Translations under genes and position numbers: made by a program | Shown here: in pieces, positions 38,203 through 49,095 of the stretch | Layout of the letters: each line of letters opens with the position of its first letter | Numbering within the stretch: position 1 is the first letter of the stretch | Notes under the pieces: generated by a model | What the model was told of the DNA's origin: nothing | The model's database searches: none | Seen by the model: only the letters and a program-made list of their open reading frames with translations | Assembly: GCA_944325635.1 (NCBI GenBank) | Contig: CALVBD010000005.1 | Span: 60,388-124,387 of the forward strand | Length of the DNA: 64,000 nt | DNA from: Candidatus Gastranaerophilales bacterium | GTDB lineage: Bacteria > Cyanobacteriota > Vampirovibrionia > Gastranaerophilales > Gastranaerophilaceae | Direction: 5' to 3'

Positions 38203-39190
38203 TGTAACTTTAAAAGGTGTAAAAAAAATCTATGACAAAAAAGTTGTTATAGATAATATTGATTTGGAAATAAAAGATAAAGAATTTATTGTTCTTGTAG
38301 GAGCCTCAGGGTGCGGAAAATCAACTATTTTAAGAATGATTGCCGGTCTTGAAGATATTACCGGCGGCGAAATATTAATCGGAGATAAAAAAGTAAATAA
38401 TATTCCGCCAAAAGACCGCGATATTGCGTTCGTGTTCCAGAGTTATGCATTATATCCGCATATGACAGTACGTGAAAATATTGCATTTGGTTTGAAAATG
38501 AGAAAAGTCCCGAAGGATGAAATTGAGAAAAAGGTGCTTGAAGCCGCAAAAATTCTTGACTTAACAGAATATTTAGAAAGACGCCCGAAACAGCTATCAG
38601 GCGGACAAAGACAAAGAGTAGCCTTAGGTCGTGCAATTGTTAGAAATCCCAAGGTATTCCTTATGGATGAACCGCTGTCTAACCTTGACGCAAAACTCAG
38701 GGTTCAAATGCGTGCGGAAATAAAAAAATTACACGAAAAACTTCAAACAACATTTATCTATGTAACCCACGATCAGACAGAAGCCTTAACAATGGGCGAC
38801 AGGATTGTTGTTCTTGATAAAGGCGTTATACAACAGGTTGACACTCCGGAAGAAATTTATAACAATCCGCAGAACATGTTTGTTGCAGGCTTTGTCGGTT
38901 CTCCGCAAATGAATTTTATAGAAGGAGAACAACTGTCACAGGACTTTAAAGGTAAGATTGCAGGCGTAAGACCTGAAAAAATGCTGAATAACGGAGAATT
39001 AAAGCTCACAGTGCAGGTTGAGATGACAGAACTGCTCGGCAGCGAAAAGATTGCCTATTTTAATATCGGAGAAAATAAATGCAGCGCTAAGCTTCCTGCT
39101 GACTTTAATTTAGGAAAAAGTCTCGATTTAAGTATAAAACGAGATGATATATTCCTCTTTGATAAAGAAACAGGTAAAAGAATTTCTTAA
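38195..39190 (+). CDS. ABC transporter ATP-binding protein (MalK/UgpC/MsmX type)
   Basis: Walker A GASGCGKST, signature LSGGQRQRVALGRA, Walker B FLMDEPLSNLD, C-terminal TOBE-like region; start overlaps the kinase stop. Confidence 0.9.
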   Translation: MSNVTLKGVKKIYDKKVVIDNIDLEIKDKEFIVLVGASGCGKSTILRMIAGLEDITGGEILIGDKKVNNIPPKDRDIAFVFQSYALYPHMTVRENIAFGLKMRKVPKDEIEKKVLEAAKILDLTEYLERRPKQLSGGQRQRVALGRAIVRNPKVFLMDEPLSNLDAKLRVQMRAEIKKLHEKLQTTFIYVTHDQTEALTMGDRIVVLDKGVIQQVDTPEEIYNNPQNMFVAGFVGSPQMNFIEGEQLSQDFKGKIAGVRPEKMLNNGELKLTVQVEMTELLGSEKIAYFNIGENKCSAKLPADFNLGKSLDLSIKRDDIFLFDKETGKRIS

Positions 39191-39207
39191 CTGCAAAACG
39201 TTGTATT

Positions 39208-39420
39208 TTACTTATTTAAATCTAAAAACTCCAGTTTATAATTTAATATTTCAGCAATAAATTCAGCCTCTTTCAACGAAAGACTTTCTCTGTTCAATTT
39301 ACCCAGGAGGCTGTTGTATGAATAATCTTGCGACGTAAATGCGCTTAGCTTTTCCGCCAGTTTTTTTAATGTCATTCCACGCGACACTGCAAGCATCTTT
39401 ATCTTGTTTTTAACATTCAT
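39208..39420 (-). CDS. XRE-type helix-turn-helix protein
   Basis: 70 aa; HTH segment LAVSRGMTLKKLAEKLS; divergent from the pilin-like gene at 39531. Confidence 0.7.
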   Translation of the reverse strand: MNVKNKIKMLAVSRGMTLKKLAEKLSAFTSQDYSYNSLLGKLNRESLSLKEAEFIAEILNYKLEFLDLNK

Positions 39421-39530
39421 AATAGACCAATTATATCTTATATTGACTTTTTAAATGTAAGAGTTTATTATTATATTTATATACAACTAATAGTATTCAT
39501 ATATGAATACTATTAACTAAGAGGAGAATT

Positions 39531-40232
39531 ATGCGACCTAAACAAGGCTTTACGTTAGCGGAAGTACTTATTACACTTGGGATTATAGGTATTGTAGCCG
39601 CGATGACACTTCCGTCATTGACAGGAAAAACCAAATATAAAGAATTAGAAACAAGGTACAAAGTAGCATCAAATCTTCTGCATAATGTAGTTAACTATTT
39701 TCACGCTAGAGAATTGATGATTTACGGCACTACATACTGCACGGCAAGTCGAAACTGCAACGGTCAGGCACCGATATTTACAGAAGTATTAGCAGAAGGA
39801 TTCAGCGGTATCCATGCACTTAACAAAGATTATGGGGCATTTGCTAAAACAAAATATTACAACTTTTCAAATACTGTAAAGTTTCAGGAATCCATTCTTG
39901 ACGACGGGTATATGGAACTAAAAAACGGAATGAGCGTAATTGTTGAATCAGGGACAACCAGCATGGTGCCCATTATATATTTTGATATAAATGGGACTGC
40001 AACGAAACCAAACCGAATGGGACACGACGTTTTTGCTTTTGTAATAGATAAAGATGACAGAGTTTGCCCGCTGGGAGCAAAAGCCTGTACTACCCGTGCG
40101 TGGTATATAGAAAATACAGAAGATTTCACCCGGAGTAAATATTGCAGTCCGACTTCCGCAGACCCTCAAAATGGCATTACCTGCGGATATTTTGCAAGCA
40201 TTGATCATGACTATTTTAAGAAAATACAATAG
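39531..40232 (+). CDS. Type IV pilin-like protein (prepilin-type N-terminal cleavage/methylation domain)
   Basis: SD gaggag; canonical leader MRPKQG/FTLAEVLITLGIIGIVAAMTLP; body motif DINGTATKPNRMGHDVFAFVI. Confidence 0.85.
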   Translation: MRPKQGFTLAEVLITLGIIGIVAAMTLPSLTGKTKYKELETRYKVASNLLHNVVNYFHARELMIYGTTYCTASRNCNGQAPIFTEVLAEGFSGIHALNKDYGAFAKTKYYNFSNTVKFQESILDDGYMELKNGMSVIVESGTTSMVPIIYFDINGTATKPNRMGHDVFAFVIDKDDRVCPLGAKACTTRAWYIENTEDFTRSKYCSPTSADPQNGITCGYFASIDHDYFKKIQ

Positions 40233-40569
40233 CCGGCTAAATGCTGTCATCCTTTTTATCTACCCAGATAATCGTAACATTTTGAGGTCTGCAAAACGGA
40301 TTTGAGGTTCCTTTTTGTGTGTAAGGATTTTTCGCAATCTTATCGTAAGCGTTTATCTTTTCATATAATTTTTTTGTGTAAGCTAGTAAATTCATAATTT
40401 TATATTCCCGACTATTACCTGCCTATATTATGGAATTTTTCAAACTTACAATAATCCCCGCAAAGTAGTGTCTTTTATAATATTACTTAGCCTTAAGACT
40501 AATCCTCCTTTGCAATTGAAAATTTCATAATAAAAATTTAAACTGACATCCGGAAAAGGAGAAACAAAA

Positions 40570-41142
40570 ATGAAGGATCTAAAAGGAACAAAAACCGAAC
40601 AGAATTTGATTAACGCATTTGCAGGAGAATCTCAAGCCAGAAACCGTTATACAATATTTTCCAAAATAGCAAAAAAAGAAGGCTATGAACAAATTTCTCA
40701 GATTTTTCTTGATACGGCAGAAAACGAAAGAGAACATGCAAAACTTTTCTATAAATATTTAGGCAATATTGAAGGTCATGTTGATGCAACTTACCCGTTT
40801 GAACTCGGGACAACGGAAGAAAATCTTGAAAGCGGTGTAAAAGGGGAACGAGATGAGTGGGAATTCATTTACAGAAAAGGGGAAGATGACGCAAATGAAG
40901 AAGGCTTTGATGAAATAGCAGAAACCTTCCGCCTCGTGAGAACAGTAGAACAACACCATGCGGAACGCTATGCTGTACTGCTTAAAAATTTAAAAGAAAA
41001 AACTGTATTTAATAAACCTGAGCCTCAATACTGGGTTTGCAGAAAATGCGGATTTATAGCATATTCTGACACTGCGCCGAAAGAGTGCCCATTATGTCAT
41101 CATCCGCAAGGATATTTTGAAATAAAATCAGAAAAATTTTAA
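40570..41142 (+). CDS. Rubrerythrin
   Basis: 190 aa; [32 protein letters not shown] diiron motifs and C-terminal CRKCG...CPLC. Confidence 0.95.
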   Translation: MKDLKGTKTEQNLINAFAGESQARNRYTIFSKIAKKEGYEQISQIFLDTAENEREHAKLFYKYLGNIEGHVDATYPFELGTTEENLESGVKGERDEWEFIYRKGEDDANEEGFDEIAETFRLVRTVEQHHAERYAVLLKNLKEKTVFNKPEPQYWVCRKCGFIAYSDTAPKECPLCHHPQGYFEIKSEKF

Positions 41143-41148
41143 AAATTT

Positions 41149-41180
41149 ACCCCGTACGTAAGAAGTATGGGGTTTAATTT
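41149..41180 (+). terminator. Putative rho-independent terminator after rubrerythrin
   Basis: Stem accccgtac/gtatggggt (one G-U pair) followed by a T-rich stretch. Confidence 0.55.
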
Positions 41181-41224
41181 ACTATTTGATTTTAAGCTGT
41201 TTTAGTCGTATAATAAACAGGAGT

Positions 41225-44200
41225 ATGGGCAAAAAAACAATTGCAACTATTTCAATAATTTCACTAATAGCTTTATACGGGCTTTATTACCGGGGAATTC
41301 CCGCCGCAATTAATAAACCTTATTTTGAAAACTTTATTGAACGTCAAATACAAAAAAACAGCGGGTTAAAAATAGATTTTGTTAACCCTGAATTTAAAAT
41401 GGGATGGCTTCCCGCAGTATGGCTGAAAGCTGATGAAATTTCCGTCACAAATGATGATAAATCAAAACCGTTAAAACTTGAAAATCCTGCCCTGAAACTT
41501 CAGTTGTTTCCGCTTCTTTTAAAACACGCAGAAGTAAGCGTATTCAATGCAAATAACACAACTGCAAAACTTTCCATTGATAAACGCGGACAAATATTTC
41601 TCGGGCAATACCCTCTCAATTTTGATAAAAAATCAAAAATAACTTTAAACAAAATAAAGATTAATCTGAACAAATACTATATTACGCTCAACGATAACGT
41701 TTTGGGAAAAACGGTTATTCTTGACGGTAAAACATTCAAACTTGAAGATTTTGAAAAAGACAAACGTGCGAAATTTTCTACAAAATCAAGTCTTATTGTT
41801 GACGGCAAACCATCTATAATCAATACTTCCGTCGATTTGCGGTTTCCTATTAATAAGATTAATGAAGACCAGCTTCTACTCAACGCAGATATAGAAAACC
41901 TTGATTTATCCCTTTTCAAAATTTACGTAAAATATTTTTCAAAAAACAGATACACTGATTTAAAAGGAATTTTAAATTTCCACGCAAAAACAGATGTAAC
42001 AAAAGAAAAACACAAAAATATCACGGCAGATTTAACCCTTGATAATTTCGGTTTAATGAAAAAAGATACGGCGGGTTCAAGCTTCTGCAACGGACGGCTT
42101 GAAATAAAAACAACCCTTAACACTTTAAAAAACGGTATTCATCTGGAAAACCTGACGCTTAAAGCACCGAAAGTTGACCTTGCTGCAAGCGGCAATATCA
42201 CAGGTTTAAATAAAAAATTTCCATACCTTGACATACAAACAACAATTAACCCGTCAAGATCGGAAAACATTATTCCGCTTCTTCCGGGAGAAGAAAATCT
42301 TCTGCCTGATTTCAACTTCTATTTATTAAAAAAACATATATTCTATAGCAACATTATGGGGCATATTAATATAAAAGGGATTGCCAATAATCCTGAGTTA
42401 TTCGGCAACGTCCTGATAACGGACGGATATCTGATAAAAAGAATTCCTGATACGACAGAAGGTGCGACAGTTAAACTTTCTATGGAAAAACAAATGATGC
42501 ACCTTGATGCAAATGTCGAAACCGCCCCGAATGAAGGAGTTGATGTCACAGGAGATTTCAAACTTTTCACAAACAGACGCTCTGATATACATATAAAAAG
42601 TACAAAAAACATAAGTCTTTTAAAGGCATATAACGTTGTAATGCCGCTGCATAACATCATCAAATTTGAAATCGGACCTGTTCCGATGATGAAGGTTACA
42701 GGTACCGGAAATATTGATTTAAGAATATCAGGGACAAAAATAGAACCTCATGCCTGGGGCGAAATGAATTTTAAAGACACCAATGCTTCATTTAACGATA
42801 TCCATAACCTTTCTGTCACGGGAATTAACGCAAAACTAACATTCGACGACAGACTTGCAACATTTAAATCATCAAAAGCTTTTATTCTGGGACAGCCTGT
42901 CACGATAGAAGGTACAAGTTCACTTTCAGGCGATATGGATTTTACGGCAAAATCTAAAGGACTGCCAACAGAACATTTATTAAAGGTAATAAACACCTCG
43001 CCTGTACTTGCAGAATTGCAGGAGGTTGTTGAACCTATAAAAACCATCTCCGGAAAGGCTGATTTGCTTTTAAATTTAACAGGACACATGAAACCTGGCG
43101 TTGAACCTGTTTTTAACGAAAACCTGTTTGCAAAAGGTACAATAGATTTTCATAACAACAAAGGTGAATTAAAAGATATTCCTGCAGAAATCTCACAACT
43201 ATCCGGAACGGTAAATTTCGTAAATGAGGACGCTGATTTTGATATGGAAACTCTTGTTGAAAAATCAAAAGTTAAATTCAAAGGCACCGTAAAAAACGAA
43301 AACATTAATTTAACGGCATATTCAAACAAGTTCAACGCCGGAGATGCTCTCAGAATTTCCTCCAGAATGTACTCATATATTCCATACGTAAAAGATTCAG
43401 AGTCGATAAATTCATCGTTTACGGCATTTTATCAGGCTAAAGCCGACAAGATTATTCATTATGACAAAATTATAATGAACGGGAAAATCTACAACAATTT
43501 CGGCTCCGGAAAACCAATCCTTGTCGGAAACGGGGAATTTAATCTTAAAAATAACCACCTGACGGTTTCCCCGCTAAAAGGTACATATAAAAGCAATCCG
43601 TACAACTTAAAAGTCGATGTCACCGGATTTTTAACGGATAACTTCAAAATAAACGGTTATGCCTCAATGAAAAACTTTAACCTTGCGGCGTTGAATGAAC
43701 TCGGACCGATAGAAGAAATTTTTCCTGAATACAAAGACCAATTGAAACAGTTTGGAAGATATGAAGGGAAAACTAATATTGCAGCCAGAATAAACAATAA
43801 TAATCTGCGAGTTTTCTCTCAACTGAATGATGTAAGTTTTGTATATCTTCCGAAACACTTGAGAATAAGAATAAAAGACGGTCATTACCTTTTAAATAAC
43901 GATAGGCTTAATCTAAGCAGAATAAGCGGTTTTGTCGGCAGAATGCCGGTTTTTGTAAACGGCAAAATCACTAATGTATTTAAAAACCCTGATGCGGATT
44001 TATATATAAACGCAAAACCTACACAGGAATTCTTTGACCAGTTCTTTAACAATAAAGCGGTGTATCCGATAAAACTTAAAGGGGATGTCAATTGCACGGC
44101 AGAACTCAACGGAACTCAGGATAAATTAAGTACAAAAGTTGATTTAAAACTTGATGAAAGCTCCAGTCTTTACTATATGGGCGCCACAATCGGGGATATG

Positions 44201-45685
44201 GTAAGCCCTGTAGAGATAAAAGCGGATGCCGTTCTCTCGCCGAAAAGCATCAAAATCAATAACTTTAAATACGACAAAATTATCACATCATTAAATAACA
44301 AAGAAAACCCTAACACCCAGCTTACGGCTAGCGGTTATGTTGAACAGCTCGGAGAAAATTACTTCAAATTTAAAAATCTCCGCATAACAACCCACAACCC
44401 GACGGACGCTAAAATTTTCAACATAATATTCAAAAAACCGCTTATGAAACAGGGTGTATTTACATCCGATATGATTATTAACGGAACATCTAAAGCCCCG
44501 AAAATATTAGGAAAACTTGATGTCACAAGCATTGATATGCCGTTTTTTGATGCGACAATCAAAGATATACATACAGATTTCAAAAAAGATATAGTAACAA
44601 TAAATGCACGCGGAAGCATTCTCAATAATGCAATAACTCTGGATGCGATTTTAAAAAACTCCTTCCCTGACCCGATTGTATTTAAGGATATCAAACTCCA
44701 CTTTATAGATTTGAATTTAAATAAAATCACCGGCTCGCTGCAGGATTACGACGCTGATATTTATAAACAGCAGATAGCAACACCATACCAGCTTCAGCCG
44801 ATTGACCCATCAATAATCCGCATAGAAAATTCGGAAGTTACTGCAGATAACATTCTATTAAAAGCACTTTCCGCCACAAACTTTAAAGCTAATCTCAAAA
44901 TGGGCGCTGATTCTGTCATAAATGTGACGAATTACGGCTTTGATATGGCGCAGGGGAAAGTGACGGGAGATTTAAAATACAACCTTAAGACAAGCGATTT
45001 TAAAATAAATTCGCACATAACAGATGCAAATGCTCAAATAATCTCGGAGTCACTGTTTGATTTAAAAGGCCAGCTATACGGAACAACAACAGGAGACTTA
45101 ACTCTCTACTGCAACGGGAAAACACAGGATTTATGCCTGAATACACTCGGCGGCAAAGGAAATTTTGAAGTTGCGCACGGCAGAATGCCGAAATTAGGGT
45201 CACTGGAATACCTTCTTAAAGCTGCAAACCTTGCAAAAAGCGGTCTTACAGGACTTTCTATCAACAGTATTATTGATATAATTACACCGCTGAAAACCGG
45301 TGAATTTGAAAGTATCAGCGGCAGTTATGAAATTAAAGACGGCATTGCATACGAAGTTAATGTATATTCAAAAGGAAAAGACCTCAACCTATACCTCACT
45401 GGCGCTTATAACGTCACAAATTCCAACGCTGATATGAAGGTATACGGAACCCTTTCTAACAACATTACAAACGTTCTAGGACGCCTTAAAAATGCTTCTT
45501 TGAATACGCTTTTAAATATGATACCATTATTAAACAAAAACGAAATTTCACCTGAACTTGAAGCAGAGTTAAAGAAAATTCCGAATTACGAAGTTTACAA
45601 TAACATATTCAGAATATTTGCCGTTGATATCGACGGTGACATCAATGGCATAAATTACGTAAAAAGCTTCAAGTGGGTAAAATAA
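41225..45685 (+). CDS. Giant envelope protein, AsmA/TamB-like
   Basis: About 1490 aa; a single N-terminal TM (IATISIISLIALYGLYY), then a long beta-rich Asn/Lys-rich body. Assignment rests on size, layout and diderm context only. Start uncertain (41186 TTG or 41225 ATG). Confidence 0.5.
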   Translation: MGKKTIATISIISLIALYGLYYRGIPAAINKPYFENFIERQIQKNSGLKIDFVNPEFKMGWLPAVWLKADEISVTNDDKSKPLKLENPALKLQLFPLLLKHAEVSVFNANNTTAKLSIDKRGQIFLGQYPLNFDKKSKITLNKIKINLNKYYITLNDNVLGKTVILDGKTFKLEDFEKDKRAKFSTKSSLIVDGKPSIINTSVDLRFPINKINEDQLLLNADIENLDLSLFKIYVKYFSKNRYTDLKGILNFHAKTDVTKEKHKNITADLTLDNFGLMKKDTAGSSFCNGRLEIKTTLNTLKNGIHLENLTLKAPKVDLAASGNITGLNKKFPYLDIQTTINPSRSENIIPLLPGEENLLPDFNFYLLKKHIFYSNIMGHINIKGIANNPELFGNVLITDGYLIKRIPDTTEGATVKLSMEKQMMHLDANVETAPNEGVDVTGDFKLFTNRRSDIHIKSTKNISLLKAYNVVMPLHNIIKFEIGPVPMMKVTGTGNIDLRISGTKIEPHAWGEMNFKDTNASFNDIHNLSVTGINAKLTFDDRLATFKSSKAFILGQPVTIEGTSSLSGDMDFTAKSKGLPTEHLLKVINTSPVLAELQEVVEPIKTISGKADLLLNLTGHMKPGVEPVFNENLFAKGTIDFHNNKGELKDIPAEISQLSGTVNFVNEDADFDMETLVEKSKVKFKGTVKNENINLTAYSNKFNAGDALRISSRMYSYIPYVKDSESINSSFTAFYQAKADKIIHYDKIIMNGKIYNNFGSGKPILVGNGEFNLKNNHLTVSPLKGTYKSNPYNLKVDVTGFLTDNFKINGYASMKNFNLAALNELGPIEEIFPEYKDQLKQFGRYEGKTNIAARINNNNLRVFSQLNDVSFVYLPKHLRIRIKDGHYLLNNDRLNLSRISGFVGRMPVFVNGKITNVFKNPDADLYINAKPTQEFFDQFFNNKAVYPIKLKGDVNCTAELNGTQDKLSTKVDLKLDESSSLYYMGATIGDMVSPVEIKADAVLSPKSIKINNFKYDKIITSLNNKENPNTQLTASGYVEQLGENYFKFKNLRITTHNPTDAKIFNIIFKKPLMKQGVFTSDMIINGTSKAPKILGKLDVTSIDMPFFDATIKDIHTDFKKDIVTINARGSILNNAITLDAILKNSFPDPIVFKDIKLHFIDLNLNKITGSLQDYDADIYKQQIATPYQLQPIDPSIIRIENSEVTADNILLKALSATNFKANLKMGADSVINVTNYGFDMAQGKVTGDLKYNLKTSDFKINSHITDANAQIISESLFDLKGQLYGTTTGDLTLYCNGKTQDLCLNTLGGKGNFEVAHGRMPKLGSLEYLLKAANLAKSGLTGLSINSIIDIITPLKTGEFESISGSYEIKDGIAYEVNVYSKGKDLNLYLTGAYNVTNSNADMKVYGTLSNNITNVLGRLKNASLNTLLNMIPLLNKNEISPELEAELKKIPNYEVYNNIFRIFAVDIDGDINGINYVKSFKWVK

Positions 45686-45759
45686 TTACTTCGAGTAATT
45701 ATTTCGGATTTTCCAACCAACAGTTCAATTTTGCTTATCCCCAAAATCAGCCTTTTACC

Positions 45760-45911
45760 CTATTTATAGCCTGATAAGATAGACTTTAAGTCTGTTTTAA
45801 TCTTGTTACAAATACTTTTTTGATTTTGTTGAACAATATTCGGTAAAGTCATAGCTGTAACTATACCAATATTCCCAGAGTCATCAGAACTTCCGCTAAT
45901 GTAAACCCTTT
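45760..45911 (-). pseudogene. Type IV pilin-like gene remnant
   Basis: Encodes KGFTLAEVLMTLGIL, then a 1-nt frameshift, then GIVTAMTLPNIVQQ... and a stop about 30 codons later; no in-frame start codon upstream. Confidence 0.55.
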
Positions 45912-45951
45912 TACTGCATTACTTTATAACGTAACACTCGCCTGAGCAAGA

Positions 45952-46158
45952 TTACGGTACCGGATCATAGCCGCCAGGATTCCAGGGATGACAGCGGCAA
46001 ATTCTCTTCACCCCTAGCCAACCGCCTTTTAAAACTCCGTATTTTTCTATCGCCTGACGGGTATACTCGGAACAAGTCGGGGTAAAACGGCAGCTGGGTG
46101 GTGTGTGACGCGAAATCATCTGATAAATTTTTATCAATAATAATACGAGCTTTTTCAT
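45952..46158 (-). CDS. yidD: Membrane protein insertion efficiency factor YidD
   Basis: 68 aa; [10 protein letters not shown]...[14 protein letters not shown]. Confidence 0.9.
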   Translation of the reverse strand: MKKLVLLLIKIYQMISRHTPPSCRFTPTCSEYTRQAIEKYGVLKGGWLGVKRICRCHPWNPGGYDPVP

Positions 46159-46177
46159 TGTTCAGACCTGCCCAAAG

Positions 46178-48271
46178 TTAACTTACAGGATAATTTTCAC
46201 CGATTGTATCAACAGCCTCAACCTTGATATCCGTAATCAATTCAGAATAAGAAATTACGACAATTGTCGGGATATGGCGTTCAAGAAGCTGATACAGAGG
46301 CAGTCGGATTCTTGGAGAACAAAGAATAACAGGCTGCTGCCCGCATGCCTGCTGGGCACGAACGATTGTTGTCGCTGCAGATTCAATTAACTCCTGAACT
46401 TGCATTGGATTTAACAGGAACATTGTACCAAGCTCAGTTCTCTGGCAGCTGTCATCAAGAATTTTTTCCCATTCAGGCGACAGCGTAAGTGCATAAAGAA
46501 CCTTATCATCACCCACGTTGGACAAACAAATTTGACGTCCTAATGCTGCACGCAAACGTTCCGACAGGATATCAGGTTCTTTAGAAAATCTTGCATAGTC
46601 GCAAAGTCTTTCAAATACAAATATAATATCCTTAATTGAAACCTTTTCGCGGATTAAGTTAACAAAAATCTTTCTCAAATCACTTGTAGAAATAATGGTC
46701 GGAACAAGGTCGTTAACAAGAGTAGGGTCTTGCGAGCGGACAAGTTCCATAAGTTTAAGTACATCGGTTTTTGTCATAACTTCATCAACGTGTTTTCTTA
46801 CGCATTCCTGAAGATGGGTAACGATTACATCAGTAGAATCAACCGCAGTAACAGAACGCGTTGCCTTGGCATCATCAAACGTAATCCAGTAAGCTTGAGT
46901 CTGATAAGTCGGGTCAATACCGATAATAGCATCTTGCGGAACATCTTTTCTCACGGCATCCCACTGATCCGCAATAACCATTAAACGACCCGGATATACA
47001 TATCCTGTCGCAACAGTGTTACCGCGGATGGAAATCATATATTCATTCGCATCCAAAGCAGATGAGTCCATAATTCTTATGTTAGGCAAAATGTACCCCA
47101 GTTCATCAGTAACTCTCTGACGTAAGGCTGCGATTTTTGCAAGTAATTGACCTTCCTGATCAGGGTCGGCAATTACAAGCAGGTTAGATCCTACCTGCAA
47201 ACTCAATACGTCAACCCCGAGTCGTTCGTACATTCTGTTAGGGTTAACAAGATCCTGCATATTCTGACGAACACTTTCCAATTGTCCCAACTGAGATTGA
47301 ACGTCAGCGTTAATAAGAGTTGAGAACCCTGCAATAGCAAGTCCTAAACCAAATAAGAAGAACGGCCAGAACGGCAGTCCGGTAAACGGAGGTCCGGTAA
47401 TTGCAAGAAGCCACAAGAAACCAGAAGCAAGGAACAAAGCATTCGGTTTACTTACAATCTGCCCTGTAACATCTGTACCTAATGAATTTGCTGCAGAAGA
47501 ACGGGTCATAAAAATACCTGCCGCAATTGACATCAAAAGTGACGGAACCTGCGAGGCAAGACCATCACCTATTGTCAGGATTGTATATTTTGAAACCGCA
47601 TCGGCAATAGGCATCTGGTTCATAAGACACCCGATACACAACCCGCCGATAATGTTAATCAATACAATAATAATACCAGCGATAGTATCCCCTTTTACGA
47701 ACTTCATCGCACCGTCCATACTACCGAAAAGGTTTGATTCTCGTTGTAAATCTTCACGCTTTTTGGTCGCTTCTTCAGGAGAGATTAAACCAGCGTTAAA
47801 ATCCGCGTCAATTGTCATTTGTTTACCGGGCATAGCATCCAATGCAAACCTTGCTGCAACTTCCGCGATACGTTCCGCACCTTTTGTGATTACCATAAAC
47901 TGTACAACCGTGATAATAAGGAAGATTACACCACCGACAATCATATTACCGCCAGTTACGAACGTTCCGAATGCGTGGATTACTTCTCCCGCCTCACCCT
48001 TTGATAGAATTAACCTTGTTGAAGCAATTGATAATACAAGACGGAACATTGTACCGATAAGAATAATTGACGGAAATGACGCGAGTTCAAGAGTTTTTCT
48101 CACATACAATGAAATCATCAGCAAAACAATTCCGAGTGCTATGTTCAAACTGATACAGACGTTAACAACCCAGTTCGGCAGCTCAACAAGCAAAAGCACG
48201 ATGAGCAGCAAGACGAATAACGCCATAAAAATTTCACTTAAACTATTGGAATTTCCGCCTTCCGCTGCCAT
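46178..48271 (-). CDS. flhA: Flagellar/type III export gate protein FlhA
   Basis: 697 aa; FHIPEP motifs (ITKGAERIAEVAARFALDAMPGKQMTIDAD, FGSMDGAMKFVKGD), eight-TM N-domain and a cytoplasmic C-domain. Confidence 0.95.
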   Translation of the reverse strand: MAAEGGNSNSLSEIFMALFVLLLIVLLLVELPNWVVNVCISLNIALGIVLLMISLYVRKTLELASFPSIILIGTMFRLVLSIASTRLILSKGEAGEVIHAFGTFVTGGNMIVGGVIFLIITVVQFMVITKGAERIAEVAARFALDAMPGKQMTIDADFNAGLISPEEATKKREDLQRESNLFGSMDGAMKFVKGDTIAGIIIVLINIIGGLCIGCLMNQMPIADAVSKYTILTIGDGLASQVPSLLMSIAAGIFMTRSSAANSLGTDVTGQIVSKPNALFLASGFLWLLAITGPPFTGLPFWPFFLFGLGLAIAGFSTLINADVQSQLGQLESVRQNMQDLVNPNRMYERLGVDVLSLQVGSNLLVIADPDQEGQLLAKIAALRQRVTDELGYILPNIRIMDSSALDANEYMISIRGNTVATGYVYPGRLMVIADQWDAVRKDVPQDAIIGIDPTYQTQAYWITFDDAKATRSVTAVDSTDVIVTHLQECVRKHVDEVMTKTDVLKLMELVRSQDPTLVNDLVPTIISTSDLRKIFVNLIREKVSIKDIIFVFERLCDYARFSKEPDILSERLRAALGRQICLSNVGDDKVLYALTLSPEWEKILDDSCQRTELGTMFLLNPMQVQELIESAATTIVRAQQACGQQPVILCSPRIRLPLYQLLERHIPTIVVISYSELITDIKVEAVDTIGENYPVS

Positions 48272-49083
48272 TAAATTTCTCTTAACGCCTCACTGATTAC
48301 GGACAATTGGGTTTCAATTGTCGCATCTACTACCCCGTTTGTTGTTGTAACCATACAGCCGCCTTCCGTAATATTTTCATCCGAAAGTACAACAACTTTT
48401 GTATCCATCCCCGCAAGATTTAAAATCTCCGGTACAGATTGTTTTGTAATATCGACCTGTGTCGGATTAACCCTTAGGACAACCTTAGTTTCCTCTTTTG
48501 ATAATCCTTTCATAACTTCTACTATAGTATTCATAAGCACCTGAGGATCTTCAGATACTTCTTTTTTAATTATTTTCTTGGCAATATCAACACTTATTTC
48601 CAAAATATCAGGTGCTATTTGCTCATAAACATCTTGCGGTGCATTCATAAAAGCTGTCAGTGTCTGTTTTAAAGCATCAATATCAGCTTTTGCCTGCTCT
48701 AATCCCGCCTGATAACCTTCTTTTGAAGCAGACGCCCTTATTGTATCAGCTTCTTCTCTTGCACGAGAAATTAAATTTCTGTCATCAACCCTTCTAAACC
48801 CGCGACGTCTGTCGCCTCTGCGTCTTTCCTGTCTTTGTGAAAAATCAATATTATCTAGACTAAATAAATCTATATCGTCAGGATCTTCAACTTCTTCCGG
48901 CTCTTGTTGAACGGGCACATCTTCTTGCGGAGTATTATTCTCATCAGACTCGGCATTTTCCGTAATATCAAGAGAATCCGTACCAAAAATTTCCTCAGCC
49001 TCGTTATTGTCCTGCTCGACAACCTGAGACTCAGGAGAAGGTTCCTCTTTCCCGCGTCTTAATGTTTTCTTTTTAATAATCAT
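48271..49083 (-). CDS. fliH: FliH-like flagellar assembly protein
   Basis: 270 aa; acidic disordered N-terminus, central EGYQAGLEQAKADI helix, C-terminal GGCMVTTTNGVVDATIETQL; stop overlaps the flhA start. Confidence 0.7.
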   Translation of the reverse strand: MIIKKKTLRRGKEEPSPESQVVEQDNNEAEEIFGTDSLDITENAESDENNTPQEDVPVQQEPEEVEDPDDIDLFSLDNIDFSQRQERRRGDRRRGFRRVDDRNLISRAREEADTIRASASKEGYQAGLEQAKADIDALKQTLTAFMNAPQDVYEQIAPDILEISVDIAKKIIKKEVSEDPQVLMNTIVEVMKGLSKEETKVVLRVNPTQVDITKQSVPEILNLAGMDTKVVVLSDENITEGGCMVTTTNGVVDATIETQLSVISEALREI

Positions 49084-49095
49084 GATTTAATATTA

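Noticed and set aside
40237-40395. 52-codon minus-strand ORF between the pilin-like gene and rubrerythrin
   Set aside because: It has a weak SD and no motif, and is too short to support without comparative data.
47652-48296. 214-aa ORF on the + strand, and many other 60-130-aa ORFs antisense to long genes throughout the track
   Set aside because: They lie entirely antisense to genes with strong family signatures (here flhA). They have biased composition and no SD, so they are shadow ORFs.
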